Positions 15,001 to 30,000 of a stretch of DNA of 64,000 nt are shown piece by piece. A program made the position numbers and the translations under genes. This stretch comes from Pristiophorus japonicus (taxonomy: Eukaryota). The notes beneath the pieces are model-generated. The model did no database searches. It was not told where the DNA came from and saw only the letters and a list, made by a program, of their open reading frames with translations. Position 1 is the first letter of the stretch. Each line of letters starts with the position of its first letter. The stretch spans positions 8,866,001 to 8,930,000 of the forward strand of contig NC_091999.1 in NCBI RefSeq assembly GCF_044704955.1. Direction: 5' to 3'.

Positions 15001-18000
15001 CAGAACTGTGCACAGTGCTCCCAGTGTGATATGGAGACCAGAACTGTGCACAGTGGTCCCAGTGTTACATGACCAGAACTGTGCACAGTGCTCCCAGTGT
15101 GATATGTCCAGAACTGTGCACAGTGCTCCCAGTGTGATATGACCAGAACTGTGCGCATTGCTCCCAGTGTGATATGACCAGAACTGTGCACAGTGCTACC
15201 AGTGTGATATGACCAGAACTGTGCACAATGCTCCCAGTGTGATATGGAGACCAGAACAGTGCAGTGCACCCAGTGTGATATGGAGACCAGAACTGTGCAC
15301 AATGCTCCCAGTGTGATATGGAGACCAGAACTGTGCACAGTGCTCCCAGTGTGATATGGAGACCAGAACTGTGCACAGAGCTCCCAGTGTGATATGGAGA
15401 CCAGAACTGTGCACAGTGCTCCCGATGTGATATGGAGACCAGAACTGTGCACAGTGCTCCCAGTGTGATATGGAGTCCAGAACTGTGCACAGTGCTCCCA
15501 GTGTGATAAGACCAGAACTGTGCACAGTGCTCCCAGTGTGATTTGGAGACCAGAACTGTGAACAGTGCTCCCAGTGTGATATGACCAGAACTGTGCACAG
15601 TGCTCCCAGTGTGATATGACCAGAAGTGTGCACAGTGCTCCCAGTGTGATATGACCAGAACTGTGCACAGTGCTCCCAGTGTGATTTGACCAGAACTGTG
15701 CACAGTGCTCCCAGTGTGATATGGAGACCAGAACTGTGCACAGTGCTCCCAGTGTGATATGGAGACCAGAACTGAGCACAGTGCTCCCAGTGTGATATGA
15801 CCAGAACTGTGCACAGTGCTCCCAGTGTGATATGGAGACCAGAACTGTGCACAGTGCTCCCAGTGTGATATGGAGACCAGAACTGTGCAGTGCTCCCAGT
15901 GTGATATGGAGACCAGAACTGTGCACAATGCTCCCAGTGTGATATGGAGATCAGAACTGTACACAGTGCTCCCAGTGTGATATGACCAGAACTGTGCACA
16001 GTGCTCCCAGTGTGATATGGAGACCAGAACTGTGCACAGTGCTCCCAGTGTGATATGACCAGAACTGTGCACAGTGCTCCCAGTGTGATATGACCAGAAC
16101 TGTGCACAGTGCTCCCAGTGTTATATGACCAGAACTGTGCAGAGTGCTCCCAGTGTGATATGGAGACCAGAACTGTGCACAGTGCTCCCAGTGTGATATG
16201 GAGACCAGAACTGAGCACAGTGCTCCCAGTGTGATATGGAGACCAGAACTGTGCACAGCGCTCCCAGTGTGAATTGGAGACAAGAAGTGTGCACAGTGCT
16301 CCCAGTGTGATATGACCAGAACTGTGCACAGTGCTCCCAGTGTGATATGGAGACCAGAACTGTGCACAGTGCTCCCAATGTGATATGGAGACCAGAAGTG
16401 TGCACAGTGCTCCCAGTGTGATATGACCAGAACTGTGCACAGTGCTCCCAATGTGATATGGAGACCAGAACTGTGCACAGTGCTCCCAGTGTGATATGGA
16501 GATCAGAACTGTGCACAGTGCTCCCAGTGTGATATCGAGACCAGAACTGTGCACAGTGCTCCCAGTGTGATATGGAGACCAGAACTGTGCACAGTGCTCC
16601 CAGTGTGATATGACCAGAACTGTGCACAGTGCTCCCAGTGTGATATGGAGTCCAGAAGTGTGCACAGTGCTCCTAATGTGATATGACCAGAACTGTGCAC
16701 AGTGCTCTCAGTGTGCTATGGAGACCAGAACTGTGCACAGTGCTCCCAGTGTGATATGGAGACCAGAACTGTTCACAGTGCTCCCAGTGTGATATGACCA
16801 TAACTGTGCACAGTGCTCCCAGTGTGATATGACCAGAACTGTGCACAGTGCTGCCAGTGTGATATGACTAGAACTGTGTACAGTGCTCCCAGTGTGATAT
16901 GACCAGAACTGTGTCCAGTGCTCCCAGTGTGATATGACCAGAACTGTGTGCAGTGCTCCCAGTGTGATATGATCTGAACTGTACACAGTGCTCCCAGTGT
17001 GATATGATCAGGACTGTGCACAGTGCTCCCAGTGTGATATGGAGACCAGAATTGTGCACAGTGCTCCCAGTGTGATATGGAGACCAGAACTGTGCACAGT
17101 GCTCCCAGTGTGATATGGAGACCAGAACTGTGCACAGTGCTCCCAGTGTGATATGGAGACCAGAACCGTGCATAGTGCTCACAGTGTGATATGGAGACCA
17201 GAACTGTGCAGAGTGCTCCCAGTGTGATATGGAGACCAGAAGTGTGCACAGTGCTCCCAGTGTGACATGACCAGAACTGTGCACAGTGCTCCCAATGTGA
17301 TATGGTGACCAGAACTGTACACAGTGCTCCCAGTGTGATATGGAGACCAGAACTGTGCACAGTGCTCCCAGAGTGATATGACCAGAACAGTGCACAGTGC
17401 TCCCAGTGTGATTTGGAGACCAGAGCTGTGCACAGTGCTCCCAGTGTGATATGACCAGAACTGTGCACAGTGCTCCCAGTGTGATATGGAGACCAGAACT
17501 GTGCACAGTGCTCCCAGTGTGATATGACCAGAACTGTGCACAGTGCTCCCAGTGTGATATGACCAGAACTGTGCACAGTGCTCCCAGTGTGATATGACCA
17601 GAACTGTGCACAGTGCTCCCAGTGTGATATGGAGACCAGAACTGTGCACAGTGGTCCCAGTGTGACATGACCAGAACTGTGCACAGTGCGCCCAGTGTGA
17701 TATGTCCAGAACTGTGCACAGTGCTCCCAGTGTGATATGACCAGAACTGTGCACATTGCTCCCAGTGTGATATGACCAGAACTGTGCACAGTGCTCCCAG
17801 TGTGATATGACCAGAACTGTGCACAATGCTCCCAGTGTGATATGGAGACCAGAACTGTGCACAGTGCTCCCAGTGTGATATGGAGACCAGAACTGTGCAC
17901 AGTGCTCCCAGTGTGATATGGAGACCAGAACTGTGCACAGTGCTCCCAGTGTGATATGGAGACCAGAACTGTGCATTGCACCCAGTGTGATATGGAGACC

Positions 18001-21000
18001 AGAACTGTGCACAATGCTCCCAGTGTGATATGGAGATCAGAAGTGTGCACAGTGCTCCCAGTGTGATATGGAGACCAGAACTGTGCACAGTGCTCCCAGT
18101 GTGATATGGAGATCAGAACTGTGCACAGTGCTCCCAGTGTGACATGGAGACCAGAACTGTGCACAGTGCACCCAGTGTGATATGGAGACCAGAACTGTGC
18201 AGAGTGCTCCCAGTGTGATATGGAGACCAGAAGTGTGCACAGTGCTCCCAGTGTGACATGACCAGAACTGTGCACAGTGCTCCCAATGTGACATGGAGAC
18301 CAGAACTGTGCACAGTGCTCCCAGTGTGATATGGAGACCAGAACTGTGCACAGTGCTCCCAGAGTGATATGACCAGAACTGTGCACAGTGCTCCCAGTGT
18401 GATTTGGAGACCAGAGCTGTGCACAGTGCTCCCAGTGTGATATGACCAGAAATGTGCACAGTGCTCCCAGTGTGATATGGAGACCAGAACTGTGCACAGT
18501 GCTCCCAGTGTGATATGGAGACCAGAACTGTGCACAGTGCTCCCAGTGTGATATGACCAGAACTGTGCACAGTGCTCCCAGTGTGATATGACCAGAACTG
18601 TGCACAGTGCTCCCAGTGTGATATGACCAGAACTGTGCACAGTGCTCCCATTGTGATATGACCAGAACTGTGCACAGTGCTCCCAGTGTGATATGGAGAC
18701 CAGAACTGTGCACAGTGGTCCCAGTGTTACATGACCAGAACTGTGCACAGTGCTCCCAGTGTGATATGTCCAGAACTGTGCACAGTGCTCCCAGTGTGAT
18801 ATGACCAGAACTGTGCGCATTGCTCCCAGTGTGATATGACCAGAACTGTGCACAGTGCTACCAGTGTGATATGACCAGAACTGTGCACAATGCTCCCAGT
18901 GTGATATGGAGACCAGAACAGTGCAGTGCACCCAGTGTGATATGGAGACCAGAACTGTGCACAATGCTCCCAGTGTGATATGGAGACCAGAACTGTGCAC
19001 AGTGCTCCCAGTGTGATATGGAGACCAGAACTGTGCACAGAGCTCCCAGTGTGATATGGAGACCAGAACTGTGCATAGTGCTCCCAGTGTGATATGGAGA
19101 CCAGAACTGTGCAGAGTGCTCCCAGTGTGATATGGAGACCAGAAGTGTGCACAGTGCTCCCAGTGTGATATGACCAGAACTGTGCACAGTGCTCCCGATG
19201 TGATATGGAGACCAGAACTGTGCACAGTGCTCCCAGTGTGATATGGAGTCCAGAACTGTGCACAGTGCTCCCAGTGTGATAAGACCAGAACTGTGCACAG
19301 TGCTCCCAGTGTGATTTGGAGACCAGAACTGTGAACAGTGCTCCCAGTGTGATATGACCAGAACTGTGCACAGTGCTCCCAGTGTGATATGACCAGAAGT
19401 GTGCACAGTGCTCCCAGTATGATATGACCAGAACTGTGCACAGTGCTCCCAGTGTGATTTGACCAGAACTGTGCACAGTGCTCCCAGTGTGATATGGAGA
19501 CCAGAACTGTGCACAGTGCTCCCAGTGTGATATGGAGACCAGAACTGAGCACAGTGCTCCCAGTGTGATATGACCAGAACTGTGCACAGTGCTCCCAGTG
19601 TGATATGGAGACCAGAACTGTGCACAGTGCTCCCAGTGTGATATGGAGACCAGAACTGTGCAGTGCTCCCAGTGTGATATGGAGACCAGAACTGTGCACA
19701 ATGCTCCCAGTGTGATATGGAGATCAGAACTGTACACAGTGCTCCCAGTGTGATATGACCAGAACTGTGCACAGTGCTCCCAGTGTGATATGGAGACCAG
19801 AACTGTGCACAGTGCTCCCAGTGTGATATGACCAGAACTGTGCACAGTGCTCCCAGTGTGATATGACCAGAACTGTGCACAGTGCTCCCAGTGTTATATG
19901 ACCAGAACTGTGCAGAGTGCTCCCAGTGTGATATGGAGACCAGAACTGTGCACAGTGCTCCCAGTGTGATATGGAGACCAGAACTGAGCACAGTGCTCCC
20001 AGTGTGATATGGAGACCAGAACTGTGCACAGCGCTCCCAGTGTGAATTGGAGACAAGAAGTGTGCACAGTGCTCCCAGTGTGATATGACCAGAACTGTGC
20101 ACAGTGCTCCCAGTGTGATATGGAGACCAGAACTGTGCACAGTGCTCCCAATGTGATATGGAGACCAGAAGTGTGCACAGTGCTCCCAGTGTGATATGAC
20201 CAGAACTGTGCACAGTGCTCCCAATGTGATATGGAGACCAGAACTGTGCACAGTGCTCCCAGTGTGATATGGAGATCAGAACTGTGCACAGTGCTCCCAG
20301 TGTGATATCGAGACCAGAACTGTGCACAGTGCTCCCAGTGTGATATGGAGACCAGAACTGTGCACAGTGCTCCCAGTGTGATATGACCAGAACTGTGCAC
20401 AGTGCTCCCAGTGTGATATGGAGTCCAGAAGTGTGCACAGTGCTCCTAATGTGATATGACCAGAACTGTGCACAGTGCTCTCAGTGTGCTATGGAGACCA
20501 GAACTGTGCACAGTGCTCCCAGTGTGATATGGAGACCAGAACTGTTCACAGTGCTCCCAGTGTGATATGACCATAACTGTGCACAGTGCTCCCAGTGTGA
20601 TATGACCAGAACTGTGCACAGTGCTGCCAGTGTGATATGACTAGAACTGTGTACAGTGCTCCCAGTGTGATATGACCAGAACTGTGTCCAGTGCTCCCAG
20701 TGTGATATGACCAGAACTGTGTGCAGTGCTCCCAGTGTGATATGATCTGAACTGTACACAGTGCTCCCAGTGTGATATGATCAGGACTGTGCACAGTGCT
20801 CCCAGTGTGATATGGAGACCAGAATTGTGCACAGTGCTCCCAGTGTGATATGGAGACCAGAACTGTGCACAGTGCTCCCAGTGTGATATGGAGACCAGAA
20901 CTGTGCACAGTGCTCCCAGTGTGATATGGAGACCAGAACCGTGCATAGTGCTCCCAGTGTGATATGGAGACCAGAACTGTGCAGAGTGCTCCCAGTGTGA

Positions 21001-24000
21001 TATGGAGACCAGAAGTGTGCACAGTGCTCCCAGTGTGACATGACCAGAACTGTGCACAGTGCTCCCAATGTGATATGGTGACCAGAACTGTACACAGTGC
21101 TCCCAGTGTGATATGGAGACCAGAACTGTGCACAGTGCTCCCAGAGTGATATGACCAGAACAGTGCACAGTGCTCCCAGTGTGATTTGGAGACCAGAGCT
21201 GTGCACAGTGCTCCCAGTGTGATATGACCAGAACTGTGCACAGTGCTCCCAGTGTGATATGGAGACCAGAACTGTGCACAGTGCTCCCAGTGTGATATGA
21301 CCAGAACTGTGCACAGTGCTCCCAGTGTGATATGACCAGAACTGTGCACAGTGCTCCCAGTGTGATATGACCAGAACTGTGCACAGTGCTCCCAGTGTGA
21401 TATGGAGACCAGAACTGTGCACAGTGGTCCCAGTGTGACATGACCAGAACTGTGCACAGTGCGCCCAGTGTGATATGTCCAGAACTGTGCACAGTGCTCC
21501 CAGTGTGATATGACCAGAACTGTGCACATTGCTCCCAGTGTGATATGACCAGAACTGTGCACAGTGCTCCCAGTGTGATATGACCAGAACTGTGCACAAT
21601 GCTCCCAGTGTGATATGGAGACCAGAACTGTGCACAGTGCTCCCAGTGTGATATGGAGACCAGAACTGTGCACAGTGCTCCCAGTGTGATATGGAGACCA
21701 GAACTGTGCACAGTGCTCCCAGTGTGATATGGAGACCAGAACTGTGCATTGCACCCAGTGTGATATGGAGACCAGAACTGTGCACAATGCTCCCAGTGTG
21801 ATATGGAGATCAGAAGTGTGCACAGTGCTCCCAGTGTGATATGGAGACCAGAACTGTGCACAGTGCTCCCAGTGTGATATGGAGATCAGAACTGTGCACA
21901 GTGCTCCCAGTGTGACATGGAGACCAGAACTGTGCACAGTGCACCCAGTGTGATATGGAGACCAGAAGTGTGCACATTGCTCCCAGTGTGATATGACCAG
22001 AACTTTGCACAGTGCTCGCAATGTGACATGGAGACCAGAACTGTGCACAGTGCTCCCAGTGTGATATGGAGACCAGAAGTGTGCACAGTGCTCCTAGTGT
22101 GATATGACCAGATCTGTGCACAGTGCTCTCAGTGTGATATGGAGACCAGAACTGTGCACAGTGCTCCCTGTGTGATATGACCAGAACTGTGCATAGTGCT
22201 CCCAGTGTGATATGACCAGAACTGTGCACAGTGCTCCTAGTGTGATATGACCAGAACTGTGCACAGTGCTCCCAGTGTGATATGGAGATCAGAACTGTGC
22301 ACAGTGCTCCCAGTGTGATATGGAGACCAGAACTGTGCACAGTGCTCCCAGTGTCATATGGAGACAAGAAGTGTGCACAGTGCTCCCAGTGTGATATGAC
22401 CAGAACTGTGCACAGTGCTCCCAGTGTGATATGGAGACCAGAACTGTGCACAGTGCTGCCAATGTGATATGGAGACCAGAAGTGTGCACAGTGCTCCCAG
22501 TGTGATATGACCAGAACTGTGCACAGTGCTCCAGTGTGATATGCAGACCAGAACTGTGCACAGTGCTCCCAGTGTGATATGGAGATCAGAACTGTGCACA
22601 GTGCTCCCAGTGTGATATGGAGACCAGAACTGTGCACAGTGCTCCTAGTGTGATAGGGAGACCAGAAGTGTGCACCGTGCTCCCAGTGTGATATGACCAG
22701 AACTGTGCACAGTGCTCCCAGTGTGATATGGAGACCAGAACTGTGCATTGCACCCAGTGTGATATGGAGACCAGAACTGTGCACAATGCTCCCAGTGTGA
22801 TATGGAGATCAGAAGTGTGCACAGTGCTCCCAGTGTGATATGGAGACCAGAACTGTGCACAGTGCTCCCAGTGTGATATGGAGATCAGAACTGTGCACAG
22901 TGCTCCCAGTGTGACATGGAGACCAGAACTGTGCACAGTGCACCCAGTGTGATATGGAGACCAGAAGTGTGCACATTGCTCCCAGTGTGATATGACCAGA
23001 ACTTTGCACAGTGCTCGCAATGTGACATGGAGACCAGAACTGTGCACAGTGCTCCCAGTGTGATATGGAGACCAGAAGTGTGCACAGTGCTCCTAGTGTG
23101 ATATGACCAGATCTGTGCACAGTGCTCTCAGTGTGATATGGAGACCAGAACTGTGCACAGTGCTCCCAGTGTGATATGACCAGAACTGTGCATAGTGCTC
23201 CCAGTGTGATATGACCAGAACTGTGCACAGTGCTCCTAGTGTGATATGACCAGAACTGTGCACAGTGCTCCCAGTGTGATATGGAGACCAGAACTGTGCA
23301 CAGTGCTGCCAATGTGATATGGAGACCAGAAGTGTGCACAGTGCTCCCAGTGTGATATGACCAGAACTGTGCACAGTGCTCCCAATGTGATATGGAGACC
23401 AGAACTGTGCACAGTGCTCCCAGTGTGATATGGAGATCAGAACTGTGCACAGTGCTCCCAGTGTGATATGGAGACCAGAACTGTGCACAGTGCTCCTAGT
23501 GTGATAGGGAGACCAGAAGTGTGCACCGTGCTCCCAGTGTGATATGACCAGAACTGTGCACAGTGCTCGCAATGTGATATGGAGACCAGAACTATGCACA
23601 GTGCTCCCAGTGTGATATGACCAGAACTGTGCACAGTGCTCCCAGTGTGATTTGGAGACCAGAACTCTGCACAGTGCTCCCAGTGTGATATGACCAGAAC
23701 TGTGCACAGTGCTCCCAGTGTGATATGACCAGAACTGTGCACAGTGCTCCCAGTGTGATATGACCAGAACTGTGCACAGTGCTCCCAGTGTGATATGGAG
23801 ACCAGAATTGTGCACAGTGCTCCCAGTGTGATATGACCAGAACTGCGCACAGTGCTCCCAGTGTGATATGACCAGAACTGTGCACAGTGCTCCAGTGTGA
23901 TATGCAGACCAGAACTGTGCACAGTGCTCCCAGTGTGATATGGAGACCAGAACTGTGCAGTGCTCCCAGTGTGATATGGAGACCAGAAATGTGCACAGTG

Positions 24001-27000
24001 CTCCCAGTGTGATATGGAGACAAGAAGTGTGCACAGTGCTCCCAGTGTGATATGGAGACTAGAACTGTGCACAGTGATCTCAGTGTGATATGGAGACCAG
24101 AACTGTGCACAGTGCTCCCAGTGTGATATGGAGACCAGAAGTGTGCACAGTGGTCCCAGTGTGATATGACCAGAACTGTGAACAGTGCTCCCAATGTGAT
24201 ATGGAGACCAGAACTGTGCACAGTGCTCCAAGTGTGATATGGAGACCAGAACTGTGCACAGTGCTCCCAGTGTGATATGGAGACCAGAACTGTGCACAGT
24301 GCTCCCAGTGTGATATGGAGACCAGAACTGTGCATAGTGCTCCCAGTGTGATATGGAGACCAGAACTGTGCAGAGTGCTCCCAGTGTGATATGGAGAAGA
24401 GAAGTGTGCACAGTGCTCCCAGTGTGATATGACCAGAACTGTGCACAGTGCTCCCAATGTGATATGGAGACCAGAACTGTGCAGAGTGCTCCCAGTGTGA
24501 TATGGAGACCAGAACTGTGCACAGTGCTCCCAGTGTGATATGGAGATCAGAACTGTGCACAGTGCTCCCAGTGTGATATGGAGACCAGAACTGTGCACAG
24601 TGCTCCCAGTGTGATATAGAGACAAGAAGTGTGCACAGTGCTCCCAGTGTGATATGGAGACCAGAACTGTGCACAGTGCTCTCAGTGTGATATGGAGACC
24701 AGAACTGTGCATAGTGCTCCCAGTGTGATATGGAGACCAGAACTGTGCACAGTGCTCCCAGTGTGATATGGAGACCAGAAGTGTGCACAGTGGTCCCAGT
24801 GTGATATGACCAGAACTGTGCACAGTGCTCCCAATGTGATATGACCAGAACTGTGCACAGTGCTCCCAGTGTGATATGGAGATCAGAACTGTGCACAGTG
24901 CTCCCAGTGTGATATGGAGACCAGAACTGTGCACAGTGCTCCCAGTGTGATATGACCAGAACTGTGCACATTGCTCCCAGTGTGATATGACCAGAACTGT
25001 GCACAGTGCTCCCAGTGTGATATGACCAGAACTGTGCACAATGCTCCCAGTGTGATATGGAGACCAGAACTGTGCACAGTGCTCCCAGTGTGATATGGAG
25101 ACCAGAACTGTGCACAGTGCTCCCAGTGTGATATGGAGACCAGAAATGTGCACAGTGCTCACAGTGTGATATGGAGACCAGAACTGTGCATTGCACCCAG
25201 TGTGATATGGAGACCAGAACTGTGCACAATGCTCCCAGTGTGATATGGAGATCAGAAGTGTGCACAGTGCTCCCAGTGTGATATGGAGACCAGAACTGTG
25301 CACAGTGCTCCCAGTGTGATATGGAGATCAGAACTGTGCACAGTGCTCCCAGTGTGACATGGAGACCAGAACTGTGCACAGTGCACCCAGTGTGATATGG
25401 AGACCAGAAGTGTGCACATTGCTCCCAGTGTGATATGACCAGAACTTTGCACAGTGCTCGCAATGTGACATGGAGACCAGAACTGTGCACAGTGCTCCCA
25501 GTGTGATATGGAGACCAGAAGTGTGCACAGTGCTCCTAGTGTGATATGACCAGATCTGTGCACAGTGCTCTCAGTGTGATATGGAGACCAGAACTGTGCA
25601 CAGTGCTCCCAGTGTGATATGACCAGAACTGTGCATAGTGCTCCCAGTGTGATATGACCAGAACTGTGCACAGTGCTCCTAGTGTGATATGACCAGAACT
25701 GTGCACAGTGCTCCCAGTGTGATATGGAGATCAGAACTGTGCACAGTGCTCCCAGTGTGATATGGAGACCAGAACTGTGCACAGTGCTCCCAGTGTGATA
25801 TGGAGACAAGAGGTGTGCACAGTGCTCCCAGTGTGATATGACCAGAACTGTGCACAGTGCTCCCAGTGTGATATGGAGACCAGAACTGTGCACAGTGCTG
25901 CCAATGTGATATGGAGACCAGAAGTGTGCACAGTGCTCCCAGTGTGATATGACCAGAACTGTGCACAGTGCTCCCAATGTGATATGGAGACCAGAACTGT
26001 GCACAGTGCTCCCAGTGTGATATGGAGATCAGAACTGTGCACAGTGCTCCCAGTGTGATATGGAGACCAGAACTGTGCACAGTGCTCCTAGTGTGATAGG
26101 GAGACCAGAAGTGTGCACCGTGCTCCCAGTGTGATATGACCAGAACTGTGCACAGTGCTCGCAATGTGATATGGAGAGCAGAACTATGCACAGTGCTCCC
26201 AGTGTGATATGACCAGAACTGTGCACAGTGCTCCCAGTGTGATTTGGAGACCAGAACTCTGCACAGTGCTCCCAGTGTGATATGACCAGAACTGTGCACA
26301 GTGCTCCCAGTGTGATATGACCAGAACTGTGCACAGTGCTCCCAGTGTGATATGACCAGAACTGTGCACAGTGCTCCCAGTGTGATATGGAGACCAGAAT
26401 TGTGCACAGTGCTCCCAGTGTGATATGACCAGAACTGCGCACAGTGCTCCCAGTGTGATATGACCAGAACTGTGCACAGTGCTCCAGTGTGATATGCAGA
26501 CCAGAACTGTGCACAGTGCTCCCAGTGTGATATGGAGACCAGAACTGTGCAGTGCTCCGAGTGTGATATGGAGACCAGAAATGTGCACAGTGCTCCCAGT
26601 GTGATATGGAGACAAGAAGTGTGCACAGTGCTCCCAGTGTGATATGGAGACCAGAACTGTGCACAGTGATCTCAGTGTGATATGGAGACCAGAACTGTGC
26701 ACAGTGCTCCCAGTGTGATATGGAGACCAGAAGTGTGCACAGTGGTCCCAGTGTGATATGACCAGAACTGTGAACAGTGCTCCCAATGTGATATGGAGAC
26801 CAGAACTGTGCACAGTGCTCCAAGTGTGATATGGAGACCAGAACTGTGCACAGTGCTCCCAGTGTGATATGGAGACCAGAACTGTGCACAGTGCTCCCAG
26901 TGTGATATGGAGACCAGAACTGTGCATAGTGCTCCCAGTGTGATATGGAGACCAGAACTGTGCAGAGTGCTCCCAGTGTGATATGGAGAAGAGAAGTGTG

Positions 27001-30000
27001 CACAGTGCTCCCAGTGTGATATGACCAGAACTGTGCACAGTGCTCCCAATGTGATATGGAGACCAGAACTGTGCACAGTGCTCCCAGTGTGATATGGAGA
27101 CCAGAACTGTGCACAGTGCTCCCAGTGTGATATGGAGATCAGAACTGTGCACAGTGCTCCCAGTGTGATATGGAGACCAGAACTGTGCACAGTGCTCCCA
27201 GTGTGATATAGAGACAAGAAGTGTGCACAGTGCTCCCAGTGTGATATGGAGACCAGAACTGTGCACAGTGCTCTCAGTGTGATATGGAGACCAGAACTGT
27301 GCATAGTGCTCCCAGTGTGATATGGAGACCAGAACTGTGCACAGTGCTCCCAGTGTGATATGGAGACCAGAAGTGTGCACAGTGGTCCCAGTGTGATACG
27401 ACCAGAACTGTGCACAGTGCTCCCAATGTGATATGACCAGAACTGTGCACAGTGCTCCCAGTGTGATATGGAGATCAGAACTGTGCACAGTGCTCCCAGT
27501 GTGATATGGAGACCAGAACTGTGCACAGTGCTCCCAGTGTGATATGACCAGAACTGTGCACAGTGCTCCCAGTGTGATATGACCAGAACTGTGCACAGTG
27601 CTCCTAGTGTGATATGACCAGAACTGTGCACAGCGCTCCCAGTGTGATATGACCAGAACTGTGCACAGTGCTCCCAGTGTGATATGACCAGAACTGTGTA
27701 CAGTCCTCCCAGTGTGATATGGAGACCAGAACTGTGTACAGTGCTCCCAGTGTGATATGGGGACCAGAAATGTGCACAGTGCTCCCAGTGTGATATGGAG
27801 ACCAGAACTGTGCACAGTGCTCCCAGTGTGATATGGAGACCAGAACTGTGCACAGTGCTCACAGTGTGATATGACCAGAACTGCGCACAGTGCTCCCAGT
27901 GTGATATGACCAGAACTGTACATAGTGCTCCCAGTGTGATATGACCAGAACTGTGCACAGTGCTCCCAGTGTGATATGGAGACCAGAACTGTGCGCAGTG
28001 CTCCCAGTGTGATATGGAGACCAGAATTGAGCACAGTGTTCCCAGTGTGATATGACCAGAACTGTGCACAGTGCTCCCAGTGTGGTATGGAGACCAGAAC
28101 TGTCCACAATGCTCCCAGTGTGATATGGAGACCAGAACTGTGCAGTGCTCCCAGTGTGATATGGAGACCAGAACTGTGCACAGTGCTCCCAGTGTGATAT
28201 GGAGACCAGAAGTGCGCACAGTGCTCCCAGTGTGATATGGAGACCAGAACTGTGCACAGTGCTCCCAGTGTGATATGGAGACCAGAACTGTGCACAGTGC
28301 TCCCAGTGTGATATGGAGACCAGAACTGTGCACAGTGCTCCCAGTGTGATATGGAGACCAGAACTGTGCACAGTGCTCCCAGTGTGATATGACCAGAACT
28401 GTGCACAGTGCTCACAGTGTGATATGGAGTCCAGAAGTGTGCACAGTGCTCCCAGTGTGATACGACCAGAACTGTGCACAGTGCCCCCAGTGTGATATGG
28501 AGACCAGAAATGTGCACAGTGCTCCCAGTGTGATATGACCAGAACTGTGCACAGTGCTCCCAGTGTAATATGACCAGAACTGTGCACAATGCTCCCAGTG
28601 TGATATGGAGACCAGAACTGTGCACAGTGCTCCCAGTGTGATATGGAGACCAGAACTGTGCACAGTGCTCGCAGTGTGATATGGAGACCAGAACTGTGCA
28701 CAGTGCTCCTAGTGTGATATGACCAGAACTGTGCACAGTGCTCCCAGTGTGATATGGAGACCAGAACTGTGCACAGTGCTCCCAGTGTGATATGGAGACA
28801 AGAAGTGTGCACAGTGCTCCCAGTGTGATATGGAGACCAGAACTGTGCACAATGCTCTCAGTGTGATATGGAGACCAGAACTGTGTATAGTGCTCCCAGT
28901 TTGATATGGAGACCAGAACTGTGCACAGTGCTCCCAGTGTGATATAACCAGAACTGTGCACAGTGCTCCCAGTGTGATATGGAGACCAGAACAGTGCACA
29001 GTGCTCCCAGTGTGATATGGAGACCAGAACTGTGCACAGTGCTCCTAGTGTGATATGACCAGAACTGTGCACAGTGCTCCCCGTGTGATATGGAGACCAG
29101 AACTGTGCACAATGCTCCCAGTGTGATATGGAGACCAGAACTATGCACAGTGCTCTCAGTGTGATATGGAGACCAGAACTATGCATAGTGCTCCCAGTGT
29201 GATATGGAGACCAGAACTGTGCACAGTGCTCCCAGTGTGATATAACCAGAACTGTGCACAGTGCTCCCAGTGTGATATGGAGACCAGAGCTGTGCACAGT
29301 GCTCCCAGTGTGATATGGTGTCCAGAAGTGTGCACAGTGCTCCTCGTGTGATATGACCAGAACTGTGCACAGTGCACTCAGTGTGCTATGGAGACCACAA
29401 CTGTGCACAGTGCTCCCAGTGTGATATGGAGACCAGAACTGTGCACAGTGCTCCCAGTGTGAAATGACCAGAACTGTGCACAGTGCTCCCAGTGTGATAT
29501 GACCAGAACTGTGCACAGTGCTCCCAGTGTGATATGACCAGAACTGTGCACAGTGCTCCCAGTTTGATATGACCAGAACTGTGCACAGTGCTCCCAGTGT
29601 GATATGGAGACCAGAACTGTGCACAGTGCTCCCAGTGTGATATGACCAGAATTGTGCACAGTGCTCCAAGTGTGATATGACCAGAACTGTGCACAGTGCC
29701 CCCAGTGTGATATGGAGACCAGAAATGTGCACAGTGCTCACAGTGTGATATGACCAGAACTGTGCACAGTGCTCCTAGTGTGATATGACCAGAACTGTGC
29801 ACAATGCTCCCAGTGTGATATGGAGACCAGAACTGTGCACAGTGCTCCCAGTGTGATATGGAGACCAGAACTGTGCACAGTGCTCCCAGTGTGATATGGA
29901 GACCAGAACTGTGCACAGTGCTCCCAGTGTGCTATGGATACCAGAACTGTGCACAGTGCTCCCAGTGTGATATGGAGACCAGAACTGTGCACAGTGCTCC